Shown here one piece after another: positions 6,555 through 8,510 of a stretch of 8,510 bases of DNA. Origin of the DNA: Fastidiosibacter lacustris (GTDB taxonomy: Bacteria > Pseudomonadota > Gammaproteobacteria > Francisellales > Francisellaceae). The translations under genes and the position numbers were made by a program. The DNA is taken from NCBI RefSeq assembly GCF_003428155.1, contig NZ_QLIR01000031.1, forward strand, positions 1 through 8,510, in the 5' to 3' direction. Numbering within the stretch: the stretch's first letter is position 1; each line of letters starts with the position of its first letter. The notes beneath the pieces are model-generated. The model saw nothing but the letters and a program-made list of their open reading frames with translations, made no database searches and was not told the origin of the DNA.

Positions 6555-6693
6555 AAGTGTTTTACCTTAATTTTATTTTGTTGAAAAGCTATAAATACCC
6601 CAACTAAACGTCCATAGCTAGATACCTAGTACCCGATTATTTAAAATGATCCTTGATACTATAAAAATAATAACCACCAGTTATATCAATTAC

Positions 6694-6714
6694 CATGATG
6701 GATTATACATCATG
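6694..6714. repeat. Perfect inverted repeat, 7-bp arms and 7-nt spacer, in the divergent bax-like/pepD intergenic region
   Basis: CATGATG-GATTATA-CATCATG. Confidence 0.6.
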
Positions 6715-6822
6715 ACACATTTAATGAATCGGGCACTAGTTTTGTAGAGGTTACCAAAATTATTTTAGATTAAATGACAAAATATTCGAATAGTTATGGC
6801 GCTTTTTTTGAATAAGTTTATC

Positions 6823-6831
6823 TGTTAAAAT
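6823..6831 (+). promoter_or_regulatory. Possible extended -10 promoter for the downstream peptidase gene
   Basis: TGTTAAAAT (TGn followed by TAAAAT), about 40 nt before the ATG. No good -35 at correct spacing. Confidence 0.3.
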
Positions 6832-6870
6832 CTATCACATTATTTTGTAATATTTATATGGAGAGAATAT

Positions 6871-8346
6871 ATGACTGAGCAATTGGAGATGATACAAAAA
6901 ATGGATTTAAAGGCATTAAAAAGTGAAAAAATTTGGCAATACTTTATAGAAATAACGCAAATTCCAAGACCAACTTTTCATGAAGAAAAAATTAAAGCTT
7001 ATTTGTTAAATTGGGCGGTTGAACAAGGATTTAGTTACAAACTAGATGATGCAGATAATATTGTTATATTTGTACCAGCAAGTAAAGGTTATGAATCTCA
7101 TCCTACTGTTGTATTACAAGTACATAAAGACATGGTTTGTGAAAAAAATGCAGATATAGAGTTTGATTTTTTAAATGACAGTTTGCAATTGGAACTTTGT
7201 AATGGTTGGCTTAAGGCAAAAGGAACAACCTTAGGTGCTGATAATGGCTTAGGTATTGCTGCTGCAATGGCTGTTTCAACAGAAAAAAATATTAAACGCC
7301 CTGCACTTGAACTCTTAATAACCGCTTCAGAAGAACGAGGTTTAGTTGGAGCGAATAACCTCAGTAAAGATATATTAACTGCAAAAACGATGATTAACTT
7401 AGATACGGAAAGTTGGGGCGATATTTACGTTGGCTGCGCAGGTTCTCAATCAGCTAAATTAACTTTTGCTCTAGATGAAGTAACTCAAAGCGAAGAATTT
7501 ATTAGCTTTGAGCTTATCATAAGTGGCTTAAAAGGTGGTCATTCAGGTTTAGATATTGATAAACCAAGAATTAATGCAGCAAAATTTTTAAGTTTATTAT
7601 TAAATGATTTAGATCAAGCTATTGAATTTAACATCAGTCATATAGATGCAGGTAATTTACCAAACGCGATTCCAAGAGAAGCAAAAGCCGTTATTTCTTG
7701 TCAGCCTCAAGATGAAATAAAGTTTAAAACTAGAGTAAATAATTATTTTCAGTTATGGAAAGCAATTTATCAGAAAAGTGAGCCAAATTTTAACTTGCAA
7801 ATAAAAGCAACGACTCGACAAAAATCATGTTTTAGCTTTGTACTAAAAGATAAACTTATAAATTTATTATCAGTGATTCACTCAGGTGTATTGGCAATGA
7901 GTTCAGCTATGTCAAACTTAGTAGAGAGTTCAAATAATTTGTCTTCAATCAAACTAAAAGATAATAAACTTATAATTACGATTTATGCCCGCAGTGATAA
8001 TAATTTAGGTATTTCAACTTTTATGCAAGGTATTGAACGTAATGCAAAGCAAAATGGCGCTGATTTTGAAAAATCACAGCTTTCTCCTGGCTGGAAACCA
8101 GATATGAGCTCTAGGATACTTGAAATTGCCAAAGAAAGTTATTTTGCTTTATGCCAACAGCAAGCAAGTATCAAAGCGATACATGCAGGCTTAGAATGTG
8201 GTGCAATTGCAGATAAGTATCCACAAATGGATATGGTTTCAATCGGTCCTACGATAAAAGATGCACATTCACCTGATGAAAAAGTTGATATATCAACTGT
8301 AAGTGATTTCTATCAATTACTAAAAAATATGCTTGAACGTTTATAG
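6871..8346 (+). CDS. pepD: Aminoacyl-histidine dipeptidase / cytosol nonspecific dipeptidase (M20 family, PepD)
   Basis: 491-aa ORF with metal-site motifs VVLQVHKDMVCEK, GTTLGADNGLGIA and ITASEERGLVGA, plus GGHSGLDI and HAGLECG. SD GGAGAG at 6860-6865. Confidence 0.95.
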   Translation: MTEQLEMIQKMDLKALKSEKIWQYFIEITQIPRPTFHEEKIKAYLLNWAVEQGFSYKLDDADNIVIFVPASKGYESHPTVVLQVHKDMVCEKNADIEFDFLNDSLQLELCNGWLKAKGTTLGADNGLGIAAAMAVSTEKNIKRPALELLITASEERGLVGANNLSKDILTAKTMINLDTESWGDIYVGCAGSQSAKLTFALDEVTQSEEFISFELIISGLKGGHSGLDIDKPRINAAKFLSLLLNDLDQAIEFNISHIDAGNLPNAIPREAKAVISCQPQDEIKFKTRVNNYFQLWKAIYQKSEPNFNLQIKATTRQKSCFSFVLKDKLINLLSVIHSGVLAMSSAMSNLVESSNNLSSIKLKDNKLIITIYARSDNNLGISTFMQGIERNAKQNGADFEKSQLSPGWKPDMSSRILEIAKESYFALCQQQASIKAIHAGLECGAIADKYPQMDMVSIGPTIKDAHSPDEKVDISTVSDFYQLLKNMLERL

Positions 8347-8377
8347 AAAAAGGAAAATGTTAAATTAACGAGGACTT

Positions 8378-8510
8378 TTATTTCATTTCAACTTTGATTT
8401 TATCTAAGGTAGGTTTGATGTCAGAATAAGCTTTATCGATTTCCTGGTTAAATTGACCTTGACTTTGTGCCTTTAACACTTCCTCTACCTTTTGCTGTAA
8501 CTGATCTAGT
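8378..8510 (-). CDS. 3' end of an unidentified protein-coding gene, truncated at the window edge
   Basis: Minus-strand open frame from the window edge to TAA at 8378-8380 encodes ...LDQLQQKVEEVLKAQSQGQFNQEIDKAYSDIKPTLDKIKVEMK*. Open for all 43 codons. Not in the supplied ORF track. Confidence 0.5.
   Translation of the reverse strand, partial: LDQLQQKVEEVLKAQSQGQFNQEIDKAYSDIKPTLDKIKVEMK

Noticed and set aside
8359-8369. GTTAAATTAAC dyad after pepD as a terminator
   Set aside because: Only 5-bp AT-rich arms and no T-tract directly following; too weak to call.
1-8510. CRISPR array, transposon, integron, prophage or defence island
   Set aside because: No regularly spaced repeats, transposase/integrase/Cas-like proteins or terminal inverted repeats seen. 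The gene content is housekeeping.

Overview
AT-rich, apparently chromosomal gammaproteobacterial-type window. The minus strand carries a compact run dnaA -> dnaN -> DsbG/DsbC-like thioredoxin-fold protein -> small membrane protein -> anmK. Upstream of dnaA is a roughly 600-bp non-coding, AT-rich region with two opposed arrays of DnaA-box-like 9-mers, including 3 exact matches to TTATNCACA. This is the best candidate for a replication origin (oriC). Beyond it lies a small 4.5S/SRP RNA gene (ffs, + strand), then a convergent Bax-like glucosaminidase gene (- strand), a divergent peptidase gene (pepD-type, + strand), and the 3' end of a minus-strand CDS that is missing from the ORF track. At the left edge a strong stable-RNA-type promoter (A-tracts, TTGCGG-16-TATAAT, then GGCG) points out of the window, suggesting an rRNA or tRNA operon just outside. 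I found no CRISPR array, transposon, defence system or clearly novel multi-gene system. The most interesting items are the origin architecture, its unusual gene neighbourhood, and several start-site and regulatory details.
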